From a bacterium (lineage in GTDB: Bacteria; Zhuqueibacterota; Zhuqueibacteria; Residuimicrobiales; Krinioviventaceae): a stretch of 64,000 bases of DNA. The stretch's first letter is position 1. Each line of letters begins with the position of its first letter. Below are positions 31,736 to 41,721 of this stretch, one piece after another. The position numbers were made by a program, and so were the translations under genes. Below the pieces are notes generated by a model. It ran no database searches. It saw nothing but the letters and a program-made list of their open reading frames with translations, and was not told the origin of the DNA. Where the stretch lies: contig OY843751.1 of NCBI GenBank assembly GCA_963693055.1, positions 4,992,001 through 5,056,000 of the forward strand, in the 5' to 3' direction.

Positions 31736-31804
31736 TTGAAATAATACCTGTTATGCAGTATAATGTAAACTAGTTAACAGGATATAAAACGAAATGGACC
31801 TCAC
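31736..31804 (+). promoter_or_regulatory. sigma70 promoter and 5'UTR, copy 1
   Basis: TTGAAA-N17-TATAAT (31736-31764). Confidence 0.75.
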
Positions 31805-33715
31805 ATGAAAAAACGTTATTACATTTTACTCTTTCTAACTATTTTCACACAAAATCTGTTAAGCAAAGAATTCAAACTCCAATCTCCGGATAAAAATACT
31901 ACCGTTATCATCTCAGAAATCAAGGGACAAATATCTTATAATATAACAAATAATAACAAGGTGCTGGTGTCACCTTCAATACTGGGAATACTGTTTCAGG
32001 AATCCCCCATGGTTGATCTCTGGTACGTTGACAAAGCAAATTCACAAAACGTAGACGAAACATGGGCTCCGGTAATTGGCAAGCGTTCGCTTGTCGTTAA
32101 TAATTATAATGAACTGGAATTGGATTTATTTTCAGAATATCATACCCAAATACATTTAAAACTGATTTTCCGGGCTTATAATGAGGGTATTGCTTTCCGT
32201 TATTTAATTAACTCCGAAATGGACAGTGTTACTATCTCAACTGAACTCTCTGAAATTAACTTTATGGAAGATATGCAATGGTGGAGCTATAGAAAAGAAC
32301 GCCCACCATTGGGTCCCTCCCTGGCATCACAAATTGATACTACCGTCAACTATCCTTTGCTTGCCCATTCAAAATCCGGTAAAAACATTGCAATACTCGA
32401 AGCCCAGCTTGACAATTATCCCTGGGCAATGCCCGCCAGCATTGCCGGGCAATCCGGTTTTTCCTTTGACTATAACAGGCATCTCACCATCCCCGTTCCT
32501 TTCAGCATGCCGTGGCGTGTAATCATGATTGGCGAAACCTATGGTGAATTGATCGACTCGGACCTGATCGCCAACCTGAACCCCAAGGCTGATCCTGAGA
32601 ATTTTTCCTGGGTTAAACCGGGTGTCTCTTTTTGGGACTGGCGTGCCTGGGGATACAAAGCGGATGATGGATTTGTTTACGGATTGGATCTCCCCTCCTG
32701 GAAACGTTTCATCGATCTGGCAGCCGAAACCGGTGTACCTTATTTGTTGCTTGACGCGGACTGGTATGGACCCGAATTTAGTAAAGGTTCGAACCCCCTT
32801 ACCGGAGGAAAATCTCAGGATGTTAAAGCTGCAATAGAATATGGTCGTCAAAAAGGAGTAGGTCTGGTTCTGTACCTGAACCATGTTGCTGCCAAAGCAT
32901 ATGGCGTTGAAAAAATCATTCAAGCCTATGCGGAATGGGGCGCCAAGGGTATCAAATATGGGTTTATGAAAATTGATGATCCTGTTGAAAAGGTAAATTG
33001 GACCCATTATATCGTAAAACTGTGCGCGCAAAACCAACTTTTTGTGAATTTCCACGATGGTCCGGTCCCTCCTACAGGAGAAGAAGCAACGTTCCCTAAT
33101 TTTGTTCATCGCGAATTCATACATGCCCAATCTGACGGCAAACGTGTTTTTGAACCTGGTGATTATATCAAAATGGTGCATGTAAATACGCTTGCAGGTC
33201 CCGTAGATCAAAATAATGGCATGTTTGACATGGTGAATTCACTGCAGCAACGCCCCAAAATGTTCCAACAGCTCAACTCTACTCCTTTGGCAGAAGCAGC
33301 CAGGACCCTTATCACTTATAGCGGAGGAATGACAGTCATCCCGGATGCTGCGGATATGTATCGCAAACACATGAAACTGTTTCGATTTATCAGTGCACAA
33401 AAGCTGCCATGGGCAGAGAGCAAAACACTCGATTCTCAAATGGGGGAATACATCTCTATGATGCGAAAATCAGGAGACACCTATCTGGTAGCATCGGTTA
33501 CAGATGAATCCGCGCGTGAATTAACCATTGACCTTTCGTTTCTTCCCCCGGGTAAAACATTCAAAGCCGAGATTTTTTCAGATACACCAGAGACGCATTA
33601 TATAAACAACCGAATGGATTATAATATATCCCAAAGAAACGTAACATCAACAGATACAATTATTGCTAAAATTGCACCCGGCAGCGGACATTGTATGATC
33701 ATCGAGCCCAATTAA
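31805..33715 (+). CDS. GH97 glycoside hydrolase
   Basis: LQSPD N-terminal domain, FRAYNEGIAFRY, PWRVIMIG, SWVKPG, FIDLAA..G..YLLLDADWY, VNFHD. Confidence 0.88.
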   Translation: MKKRYYILLFLTIFTQNLLSKEFKLQSPDKNTTVIISEIKGQISYNITNNNKVLVSPSILGILFQESPMVDLWYVDKANSQNVDETWAPVIGKRSLVVNNYNELELDLFSEYHTQIHLKLIFRAYNEGIAFRYLINSEMDSVTISTELSEINFMEDMQWWSYRKERPPLGPSLASQIDTTVNYPLLAHSKSGKNIAILEAQLDNYPWAMPASIAGQSGFSFDYNRHLTIPVPFSMPWRVIMIGETYGELIDSDLIANLNPKADPENFSWVKPGVSFWDWRAWGYKADDGFVYGLDLPSWKRFIDLAAETGVPYLLLDADWYGPEFSKGSNPLTGGKSQDVKAAIEYGRQKGVGLVLYLNHVAAKAYGVEKIIQAYAEWGAKGIKYGFMKIDDPVEKVNWTHYIVKLCAQNQLFVNFHDGPVPPTGEEATFPNFVHREFIHAQSDGKRVFEPGDYIKMVHVNTLAGPVDQNNGMFDMVNSLQQRPKMFQQLNSTPLAEAARTLITYSGGMTVIPDAADMYRKHMKLFRFISAQKLPWAESKTLDSQMGEYISMMRKSGDTYLVASVTDESARELTIDLSFLPPGKTFKAEIFSDTPETHYINNRMDYNISQRNVTSTDTIIAKIAPGSGHCMIIEPN

Positions 33716-33779
33716 ATAAACATTGCCGGTGTTTTGCAATATACATTGCTCTCGATCTAAAAATTTTGACATTTTTCAC

Positions 33780-33849
33780 TTGAAATTATACCCGTTGTGC
33801 AGTATAATGTAAACAAATCCACAGGGCATAAAAACGAAAAGGACCAGAC
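33780..33849 (+). promoter_or_regulatory. sigma70 promoter and 5'UTR, copy 2
   Basis: TTGAAA-N17-TATAAT (33780-33808); similar to copy 1 up to the ATG. Confidence 0.75.
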
Positions 33850-34920
33850 ATGAAAAAATTATTTATCTCATTAATTTTGATTACAGCTGTCAGCCTCTTT
33901 GCGCAAAGCTATAATGTTGAAACCTACCGGGTTTTCGGTCCCGAACATCCGGGAAAATACAAACACCCGGCCTCTATTACCCAGCTCGACAATGGAGATC
34001 TCTATATATCTTATTACGGTGGTTCTGGTGAATATGGCGATGATACCGCGGTATACGGGTCACGTCTCAAGGTCGGTTCAACACAATGGACTGCCCCCAA
34101 AGTGATTGCAGATACTCCCAACCGCGGTGAGGGCAATCCTGTAGTATGGCAGGCCCCTGACGGTAAAGTCTGGTTGTTTTATGTAAACCGTTATGGCGAT
34201 ACCTGGTCTAACGCGCGCGTCAAAGTTAAAATTTCTGAGGATGGTGCCGAAAACTGGTCCGATTCTTTTATGATCAATTTTGAAGAAGGCACCATGGCCC
34301 GCAGTCAACCCATCGTTTTGAACAATGGTGACTATTTGCTGCCCATGTATCACGAGACTGGTGGTGACCGCGAAATGTCTGCAGCGTCTACCAGCTCGTA
34401 TTTTTTGCGTTACAACCCCAAAACCAAAGAATGGACCGAGACCAACCGCATCAAATCTCCTGAAGGTAACCTGCAGGCACAGGTTGTACAGATCTCTGAT
34501 GATTATCTCATCGCCTATATCCGTCGCGGCGGCGATTTTCTGCCAACCGACCATGGTTACACCCTGCGTGCCGAGTCCCGCGATGGCGGTTATACTTGGA
34601 CCGATGCTGTGGATTCACAGTTCCCGAATCCCAATTCCGCAGTAGATTTTATCAAATTGCAGAACGGCCATCTGCTGTTGGTTTATAATGACAACATGAA
34701 CGACCGTACCCCGCTGACCGTTGCCGTTTCAACAGACAATGACAAGACCTGGCCCTACAAACGCAACATTGGCGGCGGCGACAATACCTTTGCCTACCCA
34801 TACGCCATTCAGTCCAAAGACGGCAAGATCCACATTGTTTATACCACCAACAACCGTACAACCATCATGCACGCTGTATTTGATGAAGAGGCCATTATTG
34901 GTTCACCCCCCGAGTTTTAA
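33850..34920 (+). CDS. BNR/Asp-box sialidase-family protein
   Basis: SEDGAENW, SRDGGYTW, STDNDKTW Asp-boxes; PNPNS; YPY. Confidence 0.88.
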   Translation: MKKLFISLILITAVSLFAQSYNVETYRVFGPEHPGKYKHPASITQLDNGDLYISYYGGSGEYGDDTAVYGSRLKVGSTQWTAPKVIADTPNRGEGNPVVWQAPDGKVWLFYVNRYGDTWSNARVKVKISEDGAENWSDSFMINFEEGTMARSQPIVLNNGDYLLPMYHETGGDREMSAASTSSYFLRYNPKTKEWTETNRIKSPEGNLQAQVVQISDDYLIAYIRRGGDFLPTDHGYTLRAESRDGGYTWTDAVDSQFPNPNSAVDFIKLQNGHLLLVYNDNMNDRTPLTVAVSTDNDKTWPYKRNIGGGDNTFAYPYAIQSKDGKIHIVYTTNNRTTIMHAVFDEEAIIGSPPEF

Positions 34921-34975
34921 AGTTGGATTTATAATTAAATTTTAAGATTGTACTCGTATATTCTATATTTAAGGG

Positions 34976-35488
34976 ATGATTATGAGAACTATAAAGATAT
35001 CAGAAGAAGTGTGGAATGAAATTGCTAAAAGAGGAAAATTTGGCGAAACAGAAGATGATGTATTGAAAAGAATTTTCAACATTATAAATACTGAAGATTC
35101 TAATACTTTTAATTTGTCTGATTTATTATCTAAAGACCTAAATAAATCCAAACCAATTTTCTTAATTATTGAAAACATGAAACAAAATGTAAAATCATGG
35201 ACACACCTTTGTGAAGTCTTTGTTAATTATATGATTGAAAAAAAATATTTAACAAAAGAAAACATACCCGTTCTCTCATATTCAAAGAAGAATAAATATT
35301 TCATTAATACAAAAAAAGAACATTCCAACCCAGATTTAGATGCAGAATGGCGAAAAGTTCAAAACTATTATATTGATACAAAATATAATTCAAAATGTCA
35401 TGTGAAAAACTTGAAAGCAACATTAGAACAATTGAATATACCTGACCTATCTGTAAAAATTAAAATTAAATTTCACAAATACGATTAA
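34976..35488 (+). CDS. Hypothetical DNA-binding protein, SeqA-like architecture
   Basis: N-terminal RHH MRTIKISEEVWNEIAKRGKFGETEDDVLKRIF; AT-rich. Confidence 0.55.
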   Translation: MIMRTIKISEEVWNEIAKRGKFGETEDDVLKRIFNIINTEDSNTFNLSDLLSKDLNKSKPIFLIIENMKQNVKSWTHLCEVFVNYMIEKKYLTKENIPVLSYSKKNKYFINTKKEHSNPDLDAEWRKVQNYYIDTKYNSKCHVKNLKATLEQLNIPDLSVKIKIKFHKYD

Positions 35489-35639
35489 TTAAATAAGCAA
35501 GTTCTATCAGTGTTCAGAAATGTCAGATTGTGTCAAGTAATATTCCTAAAAATGTTCAAAACGTAACCTTTGCGGTTAATAATCTTTTTGCTATTATTTG
35601 GGTTTTTCCCGACACAGCCCAAGCTACAAAAGGGATAAT

Positions 35640-36131
35640 ATGCATTTGGATAAAAAAAATCTTTTCCCTCAATACAACGCAGCAATCGACATGCTCGCAA
35701 ATGCCGTCTCCGCATGTCCTGATGATCTCTGGCACCGGGATAAAGAATTTCAGGATTTTTGGTATATTGCGTATCACACTACGTTCTGGCTGGATTTTTA
35801 TCTCACACCTTCGCCCGATGATTTTACCCCCTTGGCACCGTTCGGGCTTTACGAACTGGATCCCGAGGGAATTCTTCCGGAACGAGTCTATACTCAGCAT
35901 GAAATATCAAGTTATATTGAGCACGGTAAACAGAAATGCGAAACTGTACTCGGCGCATTCACAGCGCATACCGCGGAACTGCCTTACCATTTCGGCTCCA
36001 TAGACATGACTTTTGGCGAACTGTTGCTTTACAATATGCGTCACGTGCAGCATCATACCGGACAACTCGGCTTGCTGCTTCGACAAAATATCGATTCAGC
36101 CCCCGCCTGGATAAAAAGATCAAATCGTTAA
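35640..36131 (+). CDS. DinB-family protein
   Basis: FWYIAYHTTFWLDFYL; YNMRHVQHHTGQL. Confidence 0.85.
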   Translation: MHLDKKNLFPQYNAAIDMLANAVSACPDDLWHRDKEFQDFWYIAYHTTFWLDFYLTPSPDDFTPLAPFGLYELDPEGILPERVYTQHEISSYIEHGKQKCETVLGAFTAHTAELPYHFGSIDMTFGELLLYNMRHVQHHTGQLGLLLRQNIDSAPAWIKRSNR

Positions 36132-37595
36132 TCAGTCCATCTGTTCCACATTACTGCAATTCTCAAAAATAAAGGACTCATCGGTTTTTGCGTTACAGTT
36201 CACATTGTATAACTTGAGTCTGTCAACCCAATTGAATACCATTCCTTTATCAGCAGTCATATTTACGTTTTTCAATACCAGGTTCCGTACGGGCATGGCT
36301 TCCACACTCTGGATGGATACGGCTGTGCCCGCTCCATCACAGTCAATATCATGGATCATGATATTACGAAAAACCGGATACGCATCCGCGTTTTCTGCTG
36401 CCAGCCAGGCTCCGTAATGGGTGTTGATACGTATGGCCTCGTTACGAATATTGCGCATGCTTATATCGCGGTAAAATATATTCTCAACCACTCCCCCGCG
36501 AGCAGCATTAGACTTTAACCGAATTCCGCGATCTGATCCGTCAAACACACAGTCATAACACAATACGTTTCTCACTCCTCCGGACATTTCACTGCCAATC
36601 ACAATGCCGCCGTGACTGCTCAACGCGGTAATATTGCGCACAACAATATTTTCGGTGGGCCTTGCAACCCGCCAGCCATCTTCATTTACCCCGGATTTCA
36701 AACATACCGCATCATCCCCAACATCCAACCGGCAATGCTCAACCAAAACATTACTGCTCGAATCTAAATTGATACCGTCGGTATTGGGGCCGCCTTTGGT
36801 ATGTACCTCCAGATCACGCACAATCACATTATCACAATACGCTATGTGGACCGTCCAGAACGGACCGGGATTGGCAATAGTAAAGCCTTCCAACAATACA
36901 TTCCTGCAATTGATAGGATTTATCATTTGCGGGCGCAACCCGGCTTCCGGTGTGCCGAAAATCCTTTTCTCAGGTCCAATACCTTTTAACACCATAGTAT
37001 TATACATATCAGTAGCGGTACTGCTTTGCTTTTCAGACCAGGGCCACCAGGATTCCCCGTTTCCATAAATCTTTCCGGGACCCGTAACCGCAATATTCAC
37101 ACATTCCCATGCATAGATCAGGGGAGAATAATTATAACATTCAAATCCTGCCCAGCGGGTAAAAACTGCAGGTAGAAAATCATTTGGATCATTACTGAAA
37201 TGGATTTCCGCGCCTTTTAAAAGATGCAAATTCACATTACTGAGCAGATGAATCGCCCCGGTCAGCCATTTGCCTTCCGGAACAATCACCTTTCCCCCGC
37301 CTGCCTCATTACAAGCCACAATGGCTTCTCGTATCGCTTTTGTGTTCAGTACTACACTGTCTCCTACGGCACCATAATCTACAATATTAAATGTACGATC
37401 CATAAATACGGGACGTTTAGGTTGATTCATCTCAAAAGGCGTCATCACAGGAGCAATCTCGTATGGAGGCTTTTCAAGCGCTCCTCGTGATGCTGGCACC
37501 CAGTGCCGGCAGCCAAGATTATTCAATAATAAAATCAATAAAACAAGCAGACAGAATCGAACAGCAATTAAAATCGGCCAGGTGTATTTGCGCAC
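36132..37595 (-). CDS. GH28 polygalacturonase-family hydrolase
   Basis: NTDG, GDD, HGG, RLKS motifs. Confidence 0.93.
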   Translation of the reverse strand: MRKYTWPILIAVRFCLLVLLILLLNNLGCRHWVPASRGALEKPPYEIAPVMTPFEMNQPKRPVFMDRTFNIVDYGAVGDSVVLNTKAIREAIVACNEAGGGKVIVPEGKWLTGAIHLLSNVNLHLLKGAEIHFSNDPNDFLPAVFTRWAGFECYNYSPLIYAWECVNIAVTGPGKIYGNGESWWPWSEKQSSTATDMYNTMVLKGIGPEKRIFGTPEAGLRPQMINPINCRNVLLEGFTIANPGPFWTVHIAYCDNVIVRDLEVHTKGGPNTDGINLDSSSNVLVEHCRLDVGDDAVCLKSGVNEDGWRVARPTENIVVRNITALSSHGGIVIGSEMSGGVRNVLCYDCVFDGSDRGIRLKSNAARGGVVENIFYRDISMRNIRNEAIRINTHYGAWLAAENADAYPVFRNIMIHDIDCDGAGTAVSIQSVEAMPVRNLVLKNVNMTADKGMVFNWVDRLKLYNVNCNAKTDESFIFENCSNVEQMD

Positions 37596-37597
37596 GT

Positions 37598-39376
37598 TTA
37601 TTCTCCTTCCGGTGAAATAAATGGATAATCAAAGGGAGCCGCGGATTCCAGAACCAATGCACCAAATACATCGGTACAATAAACCTGGTTGGGTGATACC
37701 GTAAGGCTTTGCTTCTTACCTCCCCATTCCAGTGTAACCTGTTGTGTTTCCGGGCTAATGCCCACAATTTTAATCAGGTTACCCTCCATATCGGTAACAA
37801 CCCGCACATTGGCTGAACAGGTAAATATCTTTTTCCCGTCTATTGAACCGTCAAACCGGCCATCCTGCAATTGCAGTGTAAAAGCGTGTTTGTCCCATTG
37901 TTGTGTATAGGTGTGTTCTGCCTGTTTATATGCCATTCCGCTGAACCAGACCTCATTATGCTCGGCAGAAAACTCGATGCCATATAAATGGGCAATGTAT
38001 TGCAATACCGCAAGCGCAGTGGGACCATAAGAAGATGTCCGTTGCCCCTGGGGTATATTGGGCTTACCTGTGGTGGGATCAAACTGCTGGGTAAAGATCC
38101 GTTCTTCTCCCACTGCCGGCAGCAATTTATTCGCTATCAGAGTCACTTCAGCACAATGTCCGTAGTTCTCCAATGCCCTTACAGCACGCTGAAATGTCAG
38201 TCCCTGCGGTTGACCGCTCCAGTTGTTCCAGGGCACACTTTTAAATTTGGGATCATTAGCCGCAATGGAAACCAGCGGCATGGGTGTCCAGAACTCGTCC
38301 GGATTCAATAAATGATTTTTAATAAACGCATCAGCCATGTGCTGGGTAAAAACACCATGATACATACATCGTAAATTGTTGTGAATCAGTACATCCATAA
38401 ATTCGTTATCCGGTCCGCGATCATAACAGGCATGCTTTGCCGGAATCCACAGGTAATCGATCAATTTGCGCCGGGTGGTTTCAGACTTTTTCATCCAAAA
38501 ATCAGCTTTACCGTTCTTCAGCTCTGCCGAGATCTGGGCCATAATCCGTTCACCATTGTACGCATAAGACATGACATCCATGGATTCATAATACGCGGGA
38601 AGTTTACTACGGTCCTCTGGCCAGCGTGTGCAGCCATCCTCTCCCGTATCCAGAAACGAGAGCGCCTCCAGGCAGCCGTTATTGTCACTGTCCCGACTCT
38701 TCCACAAAAACGCTTCATGGCGTTCAAACGCATTGTACAAAAGCTCGAGATAGTTTTTATCCTTTTTTAACAAAAAATAGAGCTCCCATGCAGGAGTAGG
38801 AAAGCAATACCCCTGCAATCCTCCAAATTTACGCGAATCCGTATTGATTCGATATGCGATCTGACCATCATCTCCCTGGTTCAAAATAAAGATCATCTGG
38901 TTATTACGGGCGATTTGCAGATTACGTTTGCCCCACATGTATCCACCCATGGGTTGGGTCTCTATCCATGCACCTATATAACCACTACCTTCAATCAATA
39001 TATCCATGTCGAGTGGAGGAGGATAATGCGCTTCATTGTTATAACAAACGGCTTCCGCAGCATTGTACAATCCCATCAGAAACGTATCGCTTACAGTAAA
39101 AATTACTCCGGTTTCAGGGACATCACCCAGCGGAACTGATAGCAGAGGGAATTCTTCCGGCAGAGGTTCAACCCGGCTGCTGCCCGGTATTCTTTTTCCG
39201 TCAGGTTGTCGACGCCGTTCGGGCCTTTGAGTAAGAGTTGCATCATCCGCAGGTTTTTGGATCTGCTCCTCAGGCTTGTTTTCCTGAGCTGTAACTGGGG
39301 ATTGAATTAAAAACACAGGACACATTACCAAAATAAGAATAATGATTAAAACCGGTGTAAATTTCGATGGCAGCAT
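37598..39376 (-). CDS. MGH1-like six-hairpin glycoside hydrolase
   Basis: Signal peptide; DTGED, ESMDVMSY, EFWTPMPLVSIAANDP, NNWSGQ. Confidence 0.75.
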   Translation of the reverse strand: MLPSKFTPVLIIILILVMCPVFLIQSPVTAQENKPEEQIQKPADDATLTQRPERRRQPDGKRIPGSSRVEPLPEEFPLLSVPLGDVPETGVIFTVSDTFLMGLYNAAEAVCYNNEAHYPPPLDMDILIEGSGYIGAWIETQPMGGYMWGKRNLQIARNNQMIFILNQGDDGQIAYRINTDSRKFGGLQGYCFPTPAWELYFLLKKDKNYLELLYNAFERHEAFLWKSRDSDNNGCLEALSFLDTGEDGCTRWPEDRSKLPAYYESMDVMSYAYNGERIMAQISAELKNGKADFWMKKSETTRRKLIDYLWIPAKHACYDRGPDNEFMDVLIHNNLRCMYHGVFTQHMADAFIKNHLLNPDEFWTPMPLVSIAANDPKFKSVPWNNWSGQPQGLTFQRAVRALENYGHCAEVTLIANKLLPAVGEERIFTQQFDPTTGKPNIPQGQRTSSYGPTALAVLQYIAHLYGIEFSAEHNEVWFSGMAYKQAEHTYTQQWDKHAFTLQLQDGRFDGSIDGKKIFTCSANVRVVTDMEGNLIKIVGISPETQQVTLEWGGKKQSLTVSPNQVYCTDVFGALVLESAAPFDYPFISPEGE

Positions 39377-39629
39377 AGGTTACCTCCACTGAACTTTTGG
39401 GGTATGTTTAACAATACTGTTTTTTGTCAATTGTAGAACAATCAATTCTTGAATAGAGGCTGTTTCGTATCATACAAATTTCCGGAAATTTTATCAACCC
39501 TTTTTTCCAGACATTCAATTGCACTGCATTTTAGGGGAGAAAATCACATTTATACCATTGCAGGATTTTTTTCGGTAACAAATGCTGTTTATTTATATAT
39601 AATAGAACGTTAAAAAACAAGGAGACAAC

Positions 39630-40169
39630 ATGAAAAAATCATTAATTAGAACCGTTGCATTGTTAATTATAATCAGTTTTATATCATTATCACTGCCGGG
39701 TTGCTATGGCAAGTTCCAGCTGTCTCGCAATCTCTATAAATGGAACGGTCAGGTGGGAGATAAAGCTGCCAACACCGTTGTCATGTGGATCATGATTGTT
39801 ATACCTGTTTATGAGGTTGTTGGCGCCGTAGACTTTTTCATCCTCAATACCATTGAATACTGGACCGGAGAAAACCCGGTTAATATGAGTGCAAATGAAT
39901 CTCAAGTCCGGGTTGTTAACATGGATGGTGTAGATTACGAGATCACAGCAACGCAAAACCGTTTTGACATTCGGTCCCTGAATGAGGACAAACACATCAG
40001 CCTGGTATATCACGACGAAAGCCGCTCCTGGTTTGTACAGGATGATTCCGGCAATATCACCCAGGTCGCGCAACTGGATGATGTGGACCAAAACCTGCTG
40101 CATCTCATCAAACCCGATGGGCAACTCATGGATGTGGATTTGGAGACTAATCAACTCGCTATAAAATAA
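39630..40169 (+). CDS. DUF3332 lipoprotein
   Basis: GCYGKFQLSR.LYKWN...PVY...DFFILNTIEYWTGENP. Confidence 0.88.
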   Translation: MKKSLIRTVALLIIISFISLSLPGCYGKFQLSRNLYKWNGQVGDKAANTVVMWIMIVIPVYEVVGAVDFFILNTIEYWTGENPVNMSANESQVRVVNMDGVDYEITATQNRFDIRSLNEDKHISLVYHDESRSWFVQDDSGNITQVAQLDDVDQNLLHLIKPDGQLMDVDLETNQLAIK

Positions 40170-40188
40170 ATTCTATATCAATCAAAGA

Positions 40189-40221
40189 GTAGCGGGGAAA
40201 AACTATCCCCGTTGCTTTTTA
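40189..40221 (+). terminator. Intrinsic terminator
   Basis: GTAGCGGGGA...TCCCCGTTGC plus T-tract. Confidence 0.7.
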
Positions 40222-40414
40222 TATCCTCATCTTTCTGTTTGGCTTATAAATTGCAACCCTGTTTTTATATCATTTCTTACCCGAACTGATACTGACACAT
40301 TAAAAACATTAAAATCAAACACTTGAAGAGAGAATTCATTCTCACTGGATCTCCTTATTCGATCTTGTACAAGATAAAAAGTACAATTGGGAGATAAATT
40401 TCGGACAATTTCAT

Positions 40415-41449
40415 ATGATGAAAAATAAATACCTGCATTTCTGGATGGCTGCCGTGCTTCTCTGTCTATGGGGATTGGCCTTCCCCTTTTTCAGACAATC
40501 CTTTACACAGGATTTTTACTATATGCCCTTTTTGGGTGTTATTGCAGCCACAGTTGCCAACACAACTCCCGCGGCAGCAGGCATTGTCTACTTTCCTATT
40601 TTAACTCGATTGCAAATTGCACCATTGGCTGCAGTCCAGTTTAATATGCTTATACAGGCATATGGTATGGGACTAGGTACCGTCAAGTGGTTCATGGTTA
40701 ACAAGCGTCTTTTTATAACCAATGTTTTACCGGTTTGTCTGGTTGGGGGCTTTATTGGGGTATTTACAGGTATCGTTTTGCTCCCGCTTCAAGACCCTAA
40801 AATATTGACCCTGGTATTCAATTTTATTGCATTTGCACTGACGCAGTTTATCTTTTTCTCTATACTTGCCCGGCACAAATACCCCAAATTATCCGTTGTT
40901 CTGAATCCCAAAAATATTGCAATTCTATTTATTTTTTCTTTTGCAGGAGGCTTGATGACGGGATGGATTGGTTTTGGCATTGATACTATATTTTACTTTG
41001 TACTGACGGTTATCTTTCAGATTAATCCTGCCGCATCTATCATCACCAGTATAACACTCATGGCTGCAATGTCCGTATTTGGCAGCCTGTTAAACATCCT
41101 GCTGCACAGTGTACCCATTTCACTATGGTATTCTGCAATACCGGGTGTTACTATTGCGGGTTTGTTTCTTGCCACATTTATCGCCATGAAACTGGGACCG
41201 AAAAACGTGCTATTGCTCTTTACCATGCTGTTGAGCGTGGACTTTTTTGTAACATTCTGGACCCAACAGACTTTACCCATGACTCAGGTTCTGCGTGTTT
41301 TAATCACGTATGCGCTTGTAGCATATATTGTATTTATCCACATCAAAGTATTTAAAAAAGGATACAACGATATGGAAAACATGCTTGGTACATTCAAAGA
41401 ACAAAATGAACCTGTTATGGAAGCAGAAAAAGTACTGGAATACAATTAA
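40415..41449 (+). CDS. TauE/SafE-family (sulfite exporter-like) membrane protein
   Basis: ATVANTTPAAAGIVYFP; GGLMTGWIGFGID; many TM helices. Confidence 0.8.
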   Translation: MMKNKYLHFWMAAVLLCLWGLAFPFFRQSFTQDFYYMPFLGVIAATVANTTPAAAGIVYFPILTRLQIAPLAAVQFNMLIQAYGMGLGTVKWFMVNKRLFITNVLPVCLVGGFIGVFTGIVLLPLQDPKILTLVFNFIAFALTQFIFFSILARHKYPKLSVVLNPKNIAILFIFSFAGGLMTGWIGFGIDTIFYFVLTVIFQINPAASIITSITLMAAMSVFGSLLNILLHSVPISLWYSAIPGVTIAGLFLATFIAMKLGPKNVLLLFTMLLSVDFFVTFWTQQTLPMTQVLRVLITYALVAYIVFIHIKVFKKGYNDMENMLGTFKEQNEPVMEAEKVLEYN

Positions 41450-41721
41450 ATCATATTTATAAATGTAAAATGATCAATTGTTAGAGTCAACTTTATATTT
41501 TTAGTAAAAACAAATTAGAATCTCCTATAAATTCTTTCCTTCCCCAAAATGCTGATTACAACCTATGAATCATTCTGTTACTATTCAATCTTGTAAACCC
41601 AAACATTCCCATATATCTGTGATTAGAAAACCAACTTTATCAGCAAAATTTTAATATTGCTTTTAAACTTTTTTAGCGGTAAAATATTCGTTTTTAAATT
41701 TGAATAATCACAGGAGCCTTT

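Noticed and set aside
39454-39475. AGAGGCTGTTTCG as a possible IS or MITE end
   Set aside because: No partner inverted repeat or target duplication found nearby.
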